Source of the DNA: Patescibacteria group bacterium
Lineage (GTDB): Bacteria; Patescibacteriota; Minisyncoccia; Minisyncoccales; GWA2-38-27
Direction of reading: 5' to 3'
Assembly: GCA_020148045.1 (NCBI GenBank)
Contig: JAHCRG010000004.1
Location: 64,576 to 128,575, forward strand
DNA length: 64,000 nt
The position numbers and the translations under genes were made by a program. Shown here one piece after another: positions 25,149 to 33,142 of this stretch. A model generated the notes under the pieces. It was not told the origin of the DNA and did not search any database. It saw nothing but the letters and a program-made list of their open reading frames with translations. Position 1 is the first letter of the stretch; each line of letters starts with the position of its first letter.

Positions 25149-26692
25149 TTTTTTATCTTTTTCTTATTTCTTGGTTTGTCAGCAAAAGCAAGATTGCCTT
25201 ATTTTATATTTACCTTTGGCAAATAAAAGAGTACCGTGTTAGGCGTTTTTTAGACCATTTCCAAACAGCAAAAGGGAGAAAGCTTGTTTTTAGTAAATTA
25301 AACTTTGCAAAACTTTTTCTAATCATTATTTTTCCTTTTAGTGGTGTATTATTTTTTTATTTGCTTTTTATTCTATACTTATTGGAATCTCTGAAAGCCC
25401 TTTTAGATATTTTCCAAAAGAGATTAAAGAGACCTGTTTTAACTAAAAAAACAGTTGTCTTGATTTCTTCTGCTGTTTTTTTGGAGCTTATTTTTCTTCT
25501 TTTTATATTTCTAAATACTGAAACTATTTTTTGGTTTTCTTTCGGGATTTTGATTTTTGATATATTAACCCCTTTAATTTTTTCTTTACTTGTTCTTACT
25601 TTTCAACCCCTTACTGTTTTGTTGAGGAACCGGATTATTGAAAAAGCTAAGAAAAAAAGAGAGCAATTCAGCAATCTTTTAGTTATTGGTATTACTGGAA
25701 GTTATGGGAAAACATCAACTAAAGAATTTTTAGCAACGGTCCTTTCTAAAAGGTTTAATGTTCTAAAAACCAAGGAACATCAGAATTCAGAAATCGGGAT
25801 TTCTAGATGTATTTTAAATGAACTGAAACCTGAACACAAAGTTTTTATTGTAGAAATGGGAGCTTATGGCAGAGGAGGGATTAAGTTATTGTGCGATATT
25901 GCCAAACCAAAAATTGGCATTTTAACCGGTATAAATGAACAGCATTTAGCCCTTTTTGGTTCTCAAGAAAATATTATTAAAACAAAATATGAATTGATTG
26001 AGAATTTGCCTTCAAATGGAATGGCAATTTTTAATGGCAATAATAAATATTGCTCAGAACTTTACGGGAAAACTAATATTTCTTTAAAGAAAATAACAAA
26101 CTATGATATTTGGGCAGAGGATATTCAGGTTGAAAGAGAATTTATTTTATTTAGAGCTCGCTCCAAGGATGGTGATTTTGCTAATTTCAGAGTAAATTTA
26201 TTAGGGAGACAAAATATAGGAAATATTTTATTAGCTGCTTGTTGCGCCAAAGAACTAGGAATGACTTTAGAAGAGATTTCAAGAGCTTGCCTAAAAATTA
26301 AACCAGGACAAGGAGCAATGAAGTTTTTGAAAAAAAATGGCTTGGTCGTTCTTGATGCTTCTTATTCTGCGAATCCAGTTGGCGTAATTGGTGATTTAAA
26401 TTATTTGAAAATTTATCCTGGCAAAAAAGTAATTGTTATGCCCTGTTTGATTGAATTAGGAAAAGCATCAAAACAAGCCCATAAAAGAATTGGCAGAAAA
26501 ATTGGTGAAGTTTGCGATTTGGCAATAATTACAACTAAAGAGAGGTTTAAAGAAATAAAACAAGAAAATAAAAACATCTTATTAATTGAAAATCCAAAAA
26601 ATATTGTTGTTAAATTAAAGGAATTTTGCAAAGATGGGGATGTAATTCTTTTAGAGGGCAGGGTGCCAAAGGAAGTCGTTGATTTATTGTAA
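25145..26692 (+). CDS. murF: MurF-like Mur ligase fused to an N-terminal polytopic membrane domain
   Basis: Residues 1 to about 165 are hydrophobic helices (about 5 TM). GITGSYGKTSTKEFL P-loop and Mur ligase central and C-terminal domains follow. ATGA overlap with the upstream hydrolase gene. Confidence 0.75.
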   Translation: MIFYLFLISWFVSKSKIALFYIYLWQIKEYRVRRFLDHFQTAKGRKLVFSKLNFAKLFLIIIFPFSGVLFFYLLFILYLLESLKALLDIFQKRLKRPVLTKKTVVLISSAVFLELIFLLFIFLNTETIFWFSFGILIFDILTPLIFSLLVLTFQPLTVLLRNRIIEKAKKKREQFSNLLVIGITGSYGKTSTKEFLATVLSKRFNVLKTKEHQNSEIGISRCILNELKPEHKVFIVEMGAYGRGGIKLLCDIAKPKIGILTGINEQHLALFGSQENIIKTKYELIENLPSNGMAIFNGNNKYCSELYGKTNISLKKITNYDIWAEDIQVEREFILFRARSKDGDFANFRVNLLGRQNIGNILLAACCAKELGMTLEEISRACLKIKPGQGAMKFLKKNGLVVLDASYSANPVGVIGDLNYLKIYPGKKVIVMPCLIELGKASKQAHKRIGRKIGEVCDLAIITTKERFKEIKQENKNILLIENPKNIVVKLKEFCKDGDVILLEGRVPKEVVDLL

Positions 26693-26693
26693 T

Positions 26694-26799
26694 AAAAAAG
26701 CGTCAAATTTCTTTAAAATCTGACGCCTGCGGCCCCATAGAAGCGAGAGTAAGGTGTGGGGGCCATGGTGATATTAGGAAGGGATCCTCCGTTTTCTAT
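26694..26799 (-). ncRNA. candidate small RNA (about 105 nt), unclassified
   Basis: It lies between a perfect minus-strand TTGACA-17-TATAAT promoter and a GCGTCA...TGACGC hairpin that has a U6 tract only on the minus strand. It contains a GGCCCC...GGGGCC helix and a GGAGG.CTTCC hairpin, and has no ORF. Confidence 0.4.
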
Positions 26800-26805
26800 A
26801 ATTAG

Positions 26806-26834
26806 ATTATATCATAATGTTTAAAATTTGTCAA
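26806..26834 (-). promoter_or_regulatory. sigma70-type promoter, perfect TTGACA-17-TATAAT (minus strand)
   Basis: Minus strand: TTGACA at 26829-26834, a 17-nt spacer, TATAAT at 26806-26811. It overlaps the first codons of the plus-strand gene at 26817. Confidence 0.55.
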
Positions 26835-28094
26835 TACTTTAAGCCAATTTCCATATCTTTGTCGCCGAATACTGAAAAAGATGATATTTGGTTGGCTTTG
26901 AAATTGGTTTTTCAATGCTGGAAGTGGAAAAAAGGTAAAGCGATTGAAGAGCTGGAGAATCAATTTAAACAATACTTAGGCGTGAAATATGCTTTTGCTT
27001 TTAATAGTGGAAGAACTTCTTTAATGGCTATTTTGAAAGTGCTTGATTTGGAGCCGAGAAGTGAAGTTTTGCTTCAAGCATTTACTTGCAATGCTGCTGT
27101 AAATCCAGTTATTTGGTCAGGATTAGAACCAGTTTATGTTGATTGTGACGAAGATAATTTTAATATTGATATAGAAGATTTAAAAAGAAAAATCACTCCA
27201 AAGAGTAAAGTGCTGATGGTTCAACATACTTTTGGTCTGCCAGCTGAAATGGTTAAGATTTTAGAGCTCGCAAAACAAAATAATTTAATCTTAATTGAAG
27301 ATTGCGCTCATTCTTTAGGAGCTGAGCATTATAACCAAAAAATTGGAACTTTTGGCAAAGCTGCCTTTTTCAGCTTTTCCCGGGATAAGGTAATTTCTTC
27401 TGTTTATGGCGGTATGGTAGTAACCAATGATGATAATTTAGCTAAAGGAATTAAAGAATTTCAAGAGGAAACTGGTTATCCTTCCCGTTTTTGGATTTTC
27501 CAACAACTCTTACACCCAATTTTAATGAATTTTTTAATTTTACCGACTTATAAAATTTTATTGGGGAAGATTATTTTAATTTTATGCCAGTGGTTTCGTA
27601 TTTTATCAAAAGCTGTCCATTGGAAAGAAAAACGAGGCAAAAAACCTTCTTATTTTCCAAAAAGAATGCCCAATGCTTTGGCTTTGCTTGCCTTAAATCA
27701 ATTTAAAAAATTAGAGAAATTTCACGATCATCGTCGGAAGCTGGCTGCTTTTTATTATAATGAATTAAAAATTAGTTCTTTTGAAGTGCCAAAGACCTTG
27801 TCTTCAAAATCCTTAGATTTTGGAGGAAGAAAACATAGTTTTTTGCGTTTTACCATAAAACATCCGGCAGCTCATAAAATAATTGAAAAGGCCTGGCAGA
27901 GAAACATTTTAATAGGGGATTGGTACACAACTCCAATTGCTCCTGCCGATACAAAGTTAAATAAGGTAAAGTATAAAATAGGTAGTTGTCCTAAAGCAGA
28001 AAAATTAGCCAAGCAAACCTTAAATCTACCCACCCACATTAACATTTCTCAGAAACACGCCCAGAAAATAACAGATTTTTTGAAGAGATACTAA
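26817..28094 (+). CDS. DegT/DnrJ/EryC1/StrS-family PLP-dependent aminotransferase
   Basis: NSGRTSLMAIL, EDCAHSLGAE and FSFSRDKVISS (PLP-lysine segment). An unusual hydrophobic insertion of about 45 aa is present (FWIFQQLLHPILMNFLILPTYKILLGKIILILCQWF). Confidence 0.8.
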   Translation: MFKICQYFKPISISLSPNTEKDDIWLALKLVFQCWKWKKGKAIEELENQFKQYLGVKYAFAFNSGRTSLMAILKVLDLEPRSEVLLQAFTCNAAVNPVIWSGLEPVYVDCDEDNFNIDIEDLKRKITPKSKVLMVQHTFGLPAEMVKILELAKQNNLILIEDCAHSLGAEHYNQKIGTFGKAAFFSFSRDKVISSVYGGMVVTNDDNLAKGIKEFQEETGYPSRFWIFQQLLHPILMNFLILPTYKILLGKIILILCQWFRILSKAVHWKEKRGKKPSYFPKRMPNALALLALNQFKKLEKFHDHRRKLAAFYYNELKISSFEVPKTLSSKSLDFGGRKHSFLRFTIKHPAAHKIIEKAWQRNILIGDWYTTPIAPADTKLNKVKYKIGSCPKAEKLAKQTLNLPTHINISQKHAQKITDFLKRY

Positions 28095-28277
28095 ACAACT
28101 TATTAGGAGTTCGAGCCCTGTCCCATGTAGCCTCCGAAAAATTCCGCTATTTTTAAGCGGGATTTTTGTTTAACCCAGAGTAGGATTAGAACTTTCGGGA
28201 AATATTTGGTAAAATAAAAGAGGATTGTGTTGTGGAAAACTTAATTTGATATACTAAAATAAGGTGATATAATAAAT

Positions 28278-28580
28278 ATGATGGCAGGTAATAAAAAGAT
28301 ATTATTAATTATTGTGATTCTGGCCTTATTGGCTGTGGGTGCTTTTTATTTTTTTCAAAAACTGAAATATCCTGAAATTACCATTGAGCCTTTGGCAAAA
28401 GAAGAGGAAAAGGAAGAGGAAAAGGAAGAGAAAAAAGAAGAGGAAAAAGAAGAGGCAAAAACTTTTGGTGAAAAAATTTATGAAATGATTCAAAACCCGG
28501 CAGGAAAAATTCCCCAAACCAATCCCTTTAAGGCCAAAACCAATCCTTTTGAAGGATTAAAAATAAATCCTTTTGAGTAA
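28278..28580 (+). CDS. membrane-anchored small protein with E/K low-complexity tract
   Basis: N-terminal TM helix, then EEEKEEEKEEKKEEEKEE, then repeated NPF motifs (TNPFKAKTNPFEGLKINPFE). Confidence 0.55.
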   Translation: MMAGNKKILLIIVILALLAVGAFYFFQKLKYPEITIEPLAKEEEKEEEKEEKKEEEKEEAKTFGEKIYEMIQNPAGKIPQTNPFKAKTNPFEGLKINPFE

Positions 28581-28590
28581 ATATTAATTT

Positions 28591-29631
28591 ATGCGAAAAA
28601 TATTTTTATTAATTATCTTTATTCTCGGATTGTTAGTAGGGGTTTTTGTTTTTGCTCAAATTACTTATCCGATTAAGGAATTGGGGAATTGCCAGAATGA
28701 AGCTGAATGCAAGACCTATTGTGACAAATGGGAAAACATTGAAGAGTGTGTATCTTTTGCTGAAGCCCACAACTTGTTGTCACCAGAAGAATTAGCCGAA
28801 GCTAAAAAAATAATAAAGGCCTTGGCTGAAGGGGCGGTGCCGCCCGGCGGATGTTCAAGCCCGACTCAATGCAAGGCCTATTGCGAAGAGCCGAGTCTAA
28901 TAGAAGAGTGTATAACTTTTGCCGAGAAAGCCGGAATTATACCTCCATCCGAGGCGGAAGAAGCGAGGCTGGTGAGAAAGGCTTTGCTGGCTGGAATTCC
29001 ATTGCCGGGAAACTGCGGAACTAAAAAAAATTGTGATGCTTATTGCTCAAAGCCAGCCCATACAAAAGAATGCATTCAGTTTACAAGAAGGGCGGGTTTA
29101 ATTTCTGCGGAGGAAGCAGCTCAAGCAGAAAAAGTAATGCCCTTGATGGCAAAAGGAGAGAGTCCTGGCGACTGCAAATCAAAAGAAGAGTGCGAAACCT
29201 ATTGTGCTGATGAGAGCCACACAGAAGAATGCGTTTCATTTATTCTGAAAGCAGGGCTGATAACCGAGGAAGAAGCAAAAATATTGCGAAGGACCGGGGG
29301 CACAGGTCCGGGTGACTGCAAATCAAAAATAGAGTGTGACGCCTTTTGTAATAATTCTGCTAATCAGGAAACTTGTCTTGACTTTGCTCTTCAATATGAT
29401 TTGATGCCTCAAGAAGAAATTCAAAAAATAAGAGAGGGGGCGGGTGAGATAAGAAAAGGGTTAGAGATGGCTACCCCTGAACTTCTGGAATGTTTAAACT
29501 CAAGTGTTGGGCCAGAGGTTGTGGATAAAATTCGTTCGGGGAATTTTATGCCAACTCCTCTAATCGGAGACCAGATTAAAACTTGCTTTGATAAGTATAT
29601 GACCCCTCCGCCAGGGATGCCACCAGAATAA
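28591..29631 (+). CDS. secreted cysteine-rich repeat protein (5 x about 50-aa four-Cys repeats)
   Basis: Signal peptide, then five repeats of GxC-x5-C-x3-C-x9/10-C-x2-F...(L/I)(I/L)xxEEA. Examples: GNCQNEAECKTYCDKWENIEECVSFAE and GDCKSKEECETYCADESHTEECVSFIL. Confidence 0.7.
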   Translation: MRKIFLLIIFILGLLVGVFVFAQITYPIKELGNCQNEAECKTYCDKWENIEECVSFAEAHNLLSPEELAEAKKIIKALAEGAVPPGGCSSPTQCKAYCEEPSLIEECITFAEKAGIIPPSEAEEARLVRKALLAGIPLPGNCGTKKNCDAYCSKPAHTKECIQFTRRAGLISAEEAAQAEKVMPLMAKGESPGDCKSKEECETYCADESHTEECVSFILKAGLITEEEAKILRRTGGTGPGDCKSKIECDAFCNNSANQETCLDFALQYDLMPQEEIQKIREGAGEIRKGLEMATPELLECLNSSVGPEVVDKIRSGNFMPTPLIGDQIKTCFDKYMTPPPGMPPE

Positions 29632-29661
29632 TTCAAATCATAAATAGATTTTAATTGAAAG

Positions 29662-29688
29662 AAAAAATCGCCATCTGGGCGATTTTTT
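29662..29688. terminator. intrinsic terminator of the AAAAATCGCC/GGCGATTTTTT family
   Basis: AAAAAATCGCC atctg GGCGATTTTTT. Near-identical arms recur at 38216-38243 and 39610-39635. Confidence 0.75.
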
Positions 29689-29706
29689 GGTAGAATGAAA
29701 TAAAAT

Positions 29707-30912
29707 ATGAGAGTTACTGAATTTTATATTGCATTTTTTTTGGTTTTTGTGATCCTAACAGCTGGGATGGTTTTGATTTTTTCTTCTGTTTTTAATCCTT
29801 CAGGTTTTGAGACAGAGATTGTTGAAGAAGAAGTTGTTTCTCAAAACCCAGGGATTTCTTCAGAGCCCGAGACAGATTCTGGGATTGATATTGAGATAAT
29901 AAAAGCTATCTATTTAACTAGTTGGTCAGCCAGTAAAAAGAAAATGATTGATTATCTAATTGATATTGCAAAAACCACGGAAATTAATGCTGTGGTAATT
30001 GATATTAAAGATTTTTCCGGCTATGTAGGTTATGATACAGATGTAGCAGAAGTGGAGAAATATGGGGCTGAACAAATAAGGATTAAGAATATTGAGTCGT
30101 TGATTCAGGAGCTACATAAAGAAGAAATTTATGTAATTGCCAGGATTACTGTTTTTCAAGACCCTGTCTTGGCAAGGGCAAGACCAGATTTAGCAGTTCA
30201 TAGTAAAGCAAAATTGTCTTCCCCAGATTCATCTATTTTATCTCTTGCTTCTTTGTGGCTCGATGATATGAGATTGGCTTGGATTGATCCTGCTGCGAAA
30301 GAATCTTGGGATTATAATATTGCTATTGCAAAAGATGCTGTTAATCATGGCTTTGATGAATTAAATTTTGATTATGTCCGTTTCCCCTCAGATGGTGATT
30401 TAAAAGATATGAGTTTTCCATTTTGGGACGGGAAGCTTCCAAAACGTCTAATTATTAGAGAATTTTTTAAACATCTTCGTCAAGAACTTCCTGATGCAAA
30501 AATCTCAATTGACCTTTTTGGTCTTTCTACTGTTAGCTATAATGATTTAGGCATAGGGCAAATAATTGAAGATGCATTTGAATATTCTGATTATGTCTGT
30601 CCAATGGTTTATCCCTCTCATTATGCAGATGGCTTTATAGGCTATCAAAATCCAGCTGAATATCCTTATGAAGTGGTAAAATATTCTATGGAAGGTGCTT
30701 TGAGGAAGTTGATGTTTTACAAACAATCACAAGAAACAAATGTTCAATTGCGTCCTTGGCTCCAGGATTTTGATTTAGGAGCTACTTATGACGCTGAAAT
30801 GGTAAAGGCTCAGATTAAAGCTGTTTATGATGCATTAGGAGAAGATTTTAAAGGCTTTATGTTGTGGAATTCCTGGAATTATTATACAAAAGGGGCCTTG
30901 GAACCCGAATAA
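29707..30912 (+). CDS. membrane-anchored putative glycoside-hydrolase-like TIM-barrel protein (COG1306/DUF4015-like, tentative)
   Basis: N-terminal TM helix. IKAIYLTSWSA...INAVVIDIKD...FDELNFDYVRFPSDG pattern recalled from the GH-like family; not verified. Confidence 0.4.
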   Translation: MRVTEFYIAFFLVFVILTAGMVLIFSSVFNPSGFETEIVEEEVVSQNPGISSEPETDSGIDIEIIKAIYLTSWSASKKKMIDYLIDIAKTTEINAVVIDIKDFSGYVGYDTDVAEVEKYGAEQIRIKNIESLIQELHKEEIYVIARITVFQDPVLARARPDLAVHSKAKLSSPDSSILSLASLWLDDMRLAWIDPAAKESWDYNIAIAKDAVNHGFDELNFDYVRFPSDGDLKDMSFPFWDGKLPKRLIIREFFKHLRQELPDAKISIDLFGLSTVSYNDLGIGQIIEDAFEYSDYVCPMVYPSHYADGFIGYQNPAEYPYEVVKYSMEGALRKLMFYKQSQETNVQLRPWLQDFDLGATYDAEMVKAQIKAVYDALGEDFKGFMLWNSWNYYTKGALEPE

Positions 30913-30914
30913 TT

Positions 30915-31967
30915 ATGAATTTAAAAGAAATAAATAATAAAGAAAATTGGGAAAGTTTTTTATTAAGATGTAAAGAGAAAACTTTTTTAGATTCTTGGAA
31001 TTGGGGAGAATTTCAGAAGAGAGAAGGTAATAAGATTTGGCGATTGGGAATATATGATAATGAACAGCGAACAATGAACAGCGAACAATTAATTGGTGTT
31101 GCTTTGGTTATAAAAGTAAAAGCTAAAAGAGGAACGTTTTTGTTTGTCCCTCACGGGCCAGTCACAGAACCAAAAATTGAAATTCAAAAATTAGGAATTT
31201 TAGAAACTTTAACTAATAAATTGAAAGAAATTGCTAAACAGGAAAAAGCGCATTTTATTAGAATTGCTTCGATTTGGGAAAAAAGCAAACAAAATAGTGA
31301 TTTTTTTGAACACTTAGGATTTATGCCAGCTCCTATTCATATTCATCCCGAAGCAACATGGGAATTAGATATTAAGCCGTCAGAACAAGAACTTTTGATG
31401 AATATGAGGAAGACCGCTCGTTATTTAATTCGTCAGGCTCAAAAAAATGCAGACATTGAAATAGTAAAGACGCAAAATATTGAGGACTTGAAAAAGTTTA
31501 ATGAAATTTATTACTCCACAGCAATACGCCATAAGTTTGTGCCTTTTTCTTTAAAATATATTCAGAATCAATTTTCCTCTTTTTTGCCAGATGATCAGAT
31601 TTTGATCTTTTTAGGAAAATACAAGAATGAAGTTGTTTCTTCAGCTATTATTCTTTTTTGGCAAAATATCGGGTTTTATCATCATGGAGCTTCTTTATCA
31701 AAGTACAATAAAATTCCAGTTTCATATCTTTTGCAATGGGAGGCGATAAAAGAAGCTAAAAAACGAGAATGCCAGAGATATAATTTCTGGGGTATTGCCC
31801 CTGATGATAATAAAAACCATCCCTGGGCCGGTTTAAGCCTGTTTAAGAAGGGTTTCGGAGGCTATAGAAAGGATTATGTTCAAACTCAGGATTTGCCTCT
31901 TTCAAAGGTGTATGCTTTAATAACGCGTCCATTTGAAAAAATAAGGAAAATCAAGCGCAGGCTATAG
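30915..31967 (+). CDS. FemAB-family aminoacyl-tRNA-dependent peptidoglycan interpeptide-bridge transferase (FemX-like)
   Basis: FLDSWNWGEFQK, RKTARYLIRQAQK and FYHHGAS motifs typical of FemX/FemAB. The ATG at 30915 is preferred over the longer track ORF (30864). Confidence 0.8.
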   Translation: MNLKEINNKENWESFLLRCKEKTFLDSWNWGEFQKREGNKIWRLGIYDNEQRTMNSEQLIGVALVIKVKAKRGTFLFVPHGPVTEPKIEIQKLGILETLTNKLKEIAKQEKAHFIRIASIWEKSKQNSDFFEHLGFMPAPIHIHPEATWELDIKPSEQELLMNMRKTARYLIRQAQKNADIEIVKTQNIEDLKKFNEIYYSTAIRHKFVPFSLKYIQNQFSSFLPDDQILIFLGKYKNEVVSSAIILFWQNIGFYHHGASLSKYNKIPVSYLLQWEAIKEAKKRECQRYNFWGIAPDDNKNHPWAGLSLFKKGFGGYRKDYVQTQDLPLSKVYALITRPFEKIRKIKRRL

Positions 31968-32044
31968 TTCTTTAAATAAAAAAGCCTTAGCTTAACAACT
32001 AACCAAGGCTTTAATTCTTTTCCAGTGTGTTTGGCCTTTTCTTC

Positions 32045-32143
32045 TTAGTAGCCTTTTAGCATAAGTATAAATGCTGCGGCTAAGGCCAAAATGGCTAATA
32101 TGCCAATAACTGGATAATAGTTTCCTATCGGCGTACGGCTCAT
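32045..32143 (-). CDS. micro-protein (32 aa), single TM helix, hypothetical
   Basis: Own translation: MSRTPIGNYYPVIGILAILALAAAFILMLKGY. AAGGAGA Shine-Dalgarno 7 nt upstream, its own promoter (32219-32247), and a terminator hairpin at about 31985-32015. Confidence 0.5.
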   Translation of the reverse strand: MSRTPIGNYYPVIGILAILALAAAFILMLKGY

Positions 32144-32218
32144 AATAACTCTCCTTAATAAAGTTATTAAAATGATCTAAGAAGTCCTAAATCCTAACTG
32201 CGGATTCACACTATTTTT

Positions 32219-32247
32219 AATGTAGCATATTAATTTAAATTTGTCAA
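32219..32247 (-). promoter_or_regulatory. sigma70-type promoter TTGACA-17-TACATT
   Basis: Minus strand: TTGACA at 32242-32247 and TACATT at 32219-32224. Confidence 0.55.
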
Positions 32248-32262
32248 TATTTTTGAAGATCC

Positions 32263-33114
32263 ATGAAATATAAATACAAAAAATCATATCGGACTAGAAA
32301 GAAAAGGTCTGTTTTTAATGTCTTTAAGAATAAGTTTTTTTGGCTAGGTCTCTTATTTTTTATTATCTTATCAGGTTTAACCTATCTTTTTATCTTTTCT
32401 TCTGTTTTTCAGATAAAAGAAATTAAAATTTCAGGAAATATAAAAGTATCATTTGAAGAGCTTAGAAACAATATCGCTGGGCAAGTTGATAAAAGGATAA
32501 TTTTTTTTAATACAAAAAGTATTTTTCTGGCCAATTTGAAGGAGATAAATAAAATGCTTTTAGAAAAATTTCCTCAGATTGCGAAAGTAGATTTAGATAG
32601 AGAATTTCCAAGTAGTTTATTAGCTCAGATTGAAGAAAGGAAACCAGTGGCTGTTTTTTGTTTTACCCACCCAAGTTTTGAGGAACAAAATTTGGGCGGG
32701 CAAGAAGATTACTTTTTCATTGACAAAGAGGGAATAATTTTTGAAAAGGTTTCTGTGATAGACCCACAAATACTAAAAATAAAAAAATCCACATTAGTTG
32801 TAGATTTAAAGTTAGGGAAAGAAATTATTGGAAAGGAGCAATTAGACCAGATTTTAAAAATTAATTCTAAATTAAAAGATGATTTAAAGATTCCAATTGA
32901 AGGGATTTTAACGATATCTAAAAAGAGAATAAATGCTAAAACTTCAGAGGGCTGGGAGATTTATTTTAACCCGGAAAGAGATTTAGAATGGCAATTGACT
33001 GAACTTAGTATTCTTTTAAAAGAAAGAATTCCTCCTGAAAAAAGGAGAAATATTGAATACATTGATCTAAGGTTTGAAAAAATTTATATTTATCCTGAAA
33101 CTTATTTGCAGTAG
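32263..33114 (+). CDS. ftsQ: cell division protein FtsQ/DivIB (POTRA domain)
   Basis: N-terminal basic tail plus TM helix, then a POTRA-like FQIKEIKISGNIKVSFEEL. Confidence 0.75.
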   Translation: MKYKYKKSYRTRKKRSVFNVFKNKFFWLGLLFFIILSGLTYLFIFSSVFQIKEIKISGNIKVSFEELRNNIAGQVDKRIIFFNTKSIFLANLKEINKMLLEKFPQIAKVDLDREFPSSLLAQIEERKPVAVFCFTHPSFEEQNLGGQEDYFFIDKEGIIFEKVSVIDPQILKIKKSTLVVDLKLGKEIIGKEQLDQILKINSKLKDDLKIPIEGILTISKKRINAKTSEGWEIYFNPERDLEWQLTELSILLKERIPPEKRRNIEYIDLRFEKIYIYPETYLQ

Positions 33115-33142
33115 TAAAAGAAAAACAGCAATGATATTGGTT

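Noticed and set aside
28105-28140. tRNA-like fragment (…GGAGTTCGAGCCCTGTCC…) suggesting a tRNA remnant or att site
   Set aside because: The TTCGAGC loop-like heptamer is not flanked by complementary T-stem arms in any register, and no acceptor stem can be formed. It is probably coincidence next to the degT terminator.
28395-28450. GAAGAGGAAAAG-type short tandem repeats, considered as a CRISPR-like or satellite array
   Set aside because: They lie in frame within a CDS and encode an (EEKEE)n low-complexity tract. There is no repeat-spacer organisation anywhere in the window.
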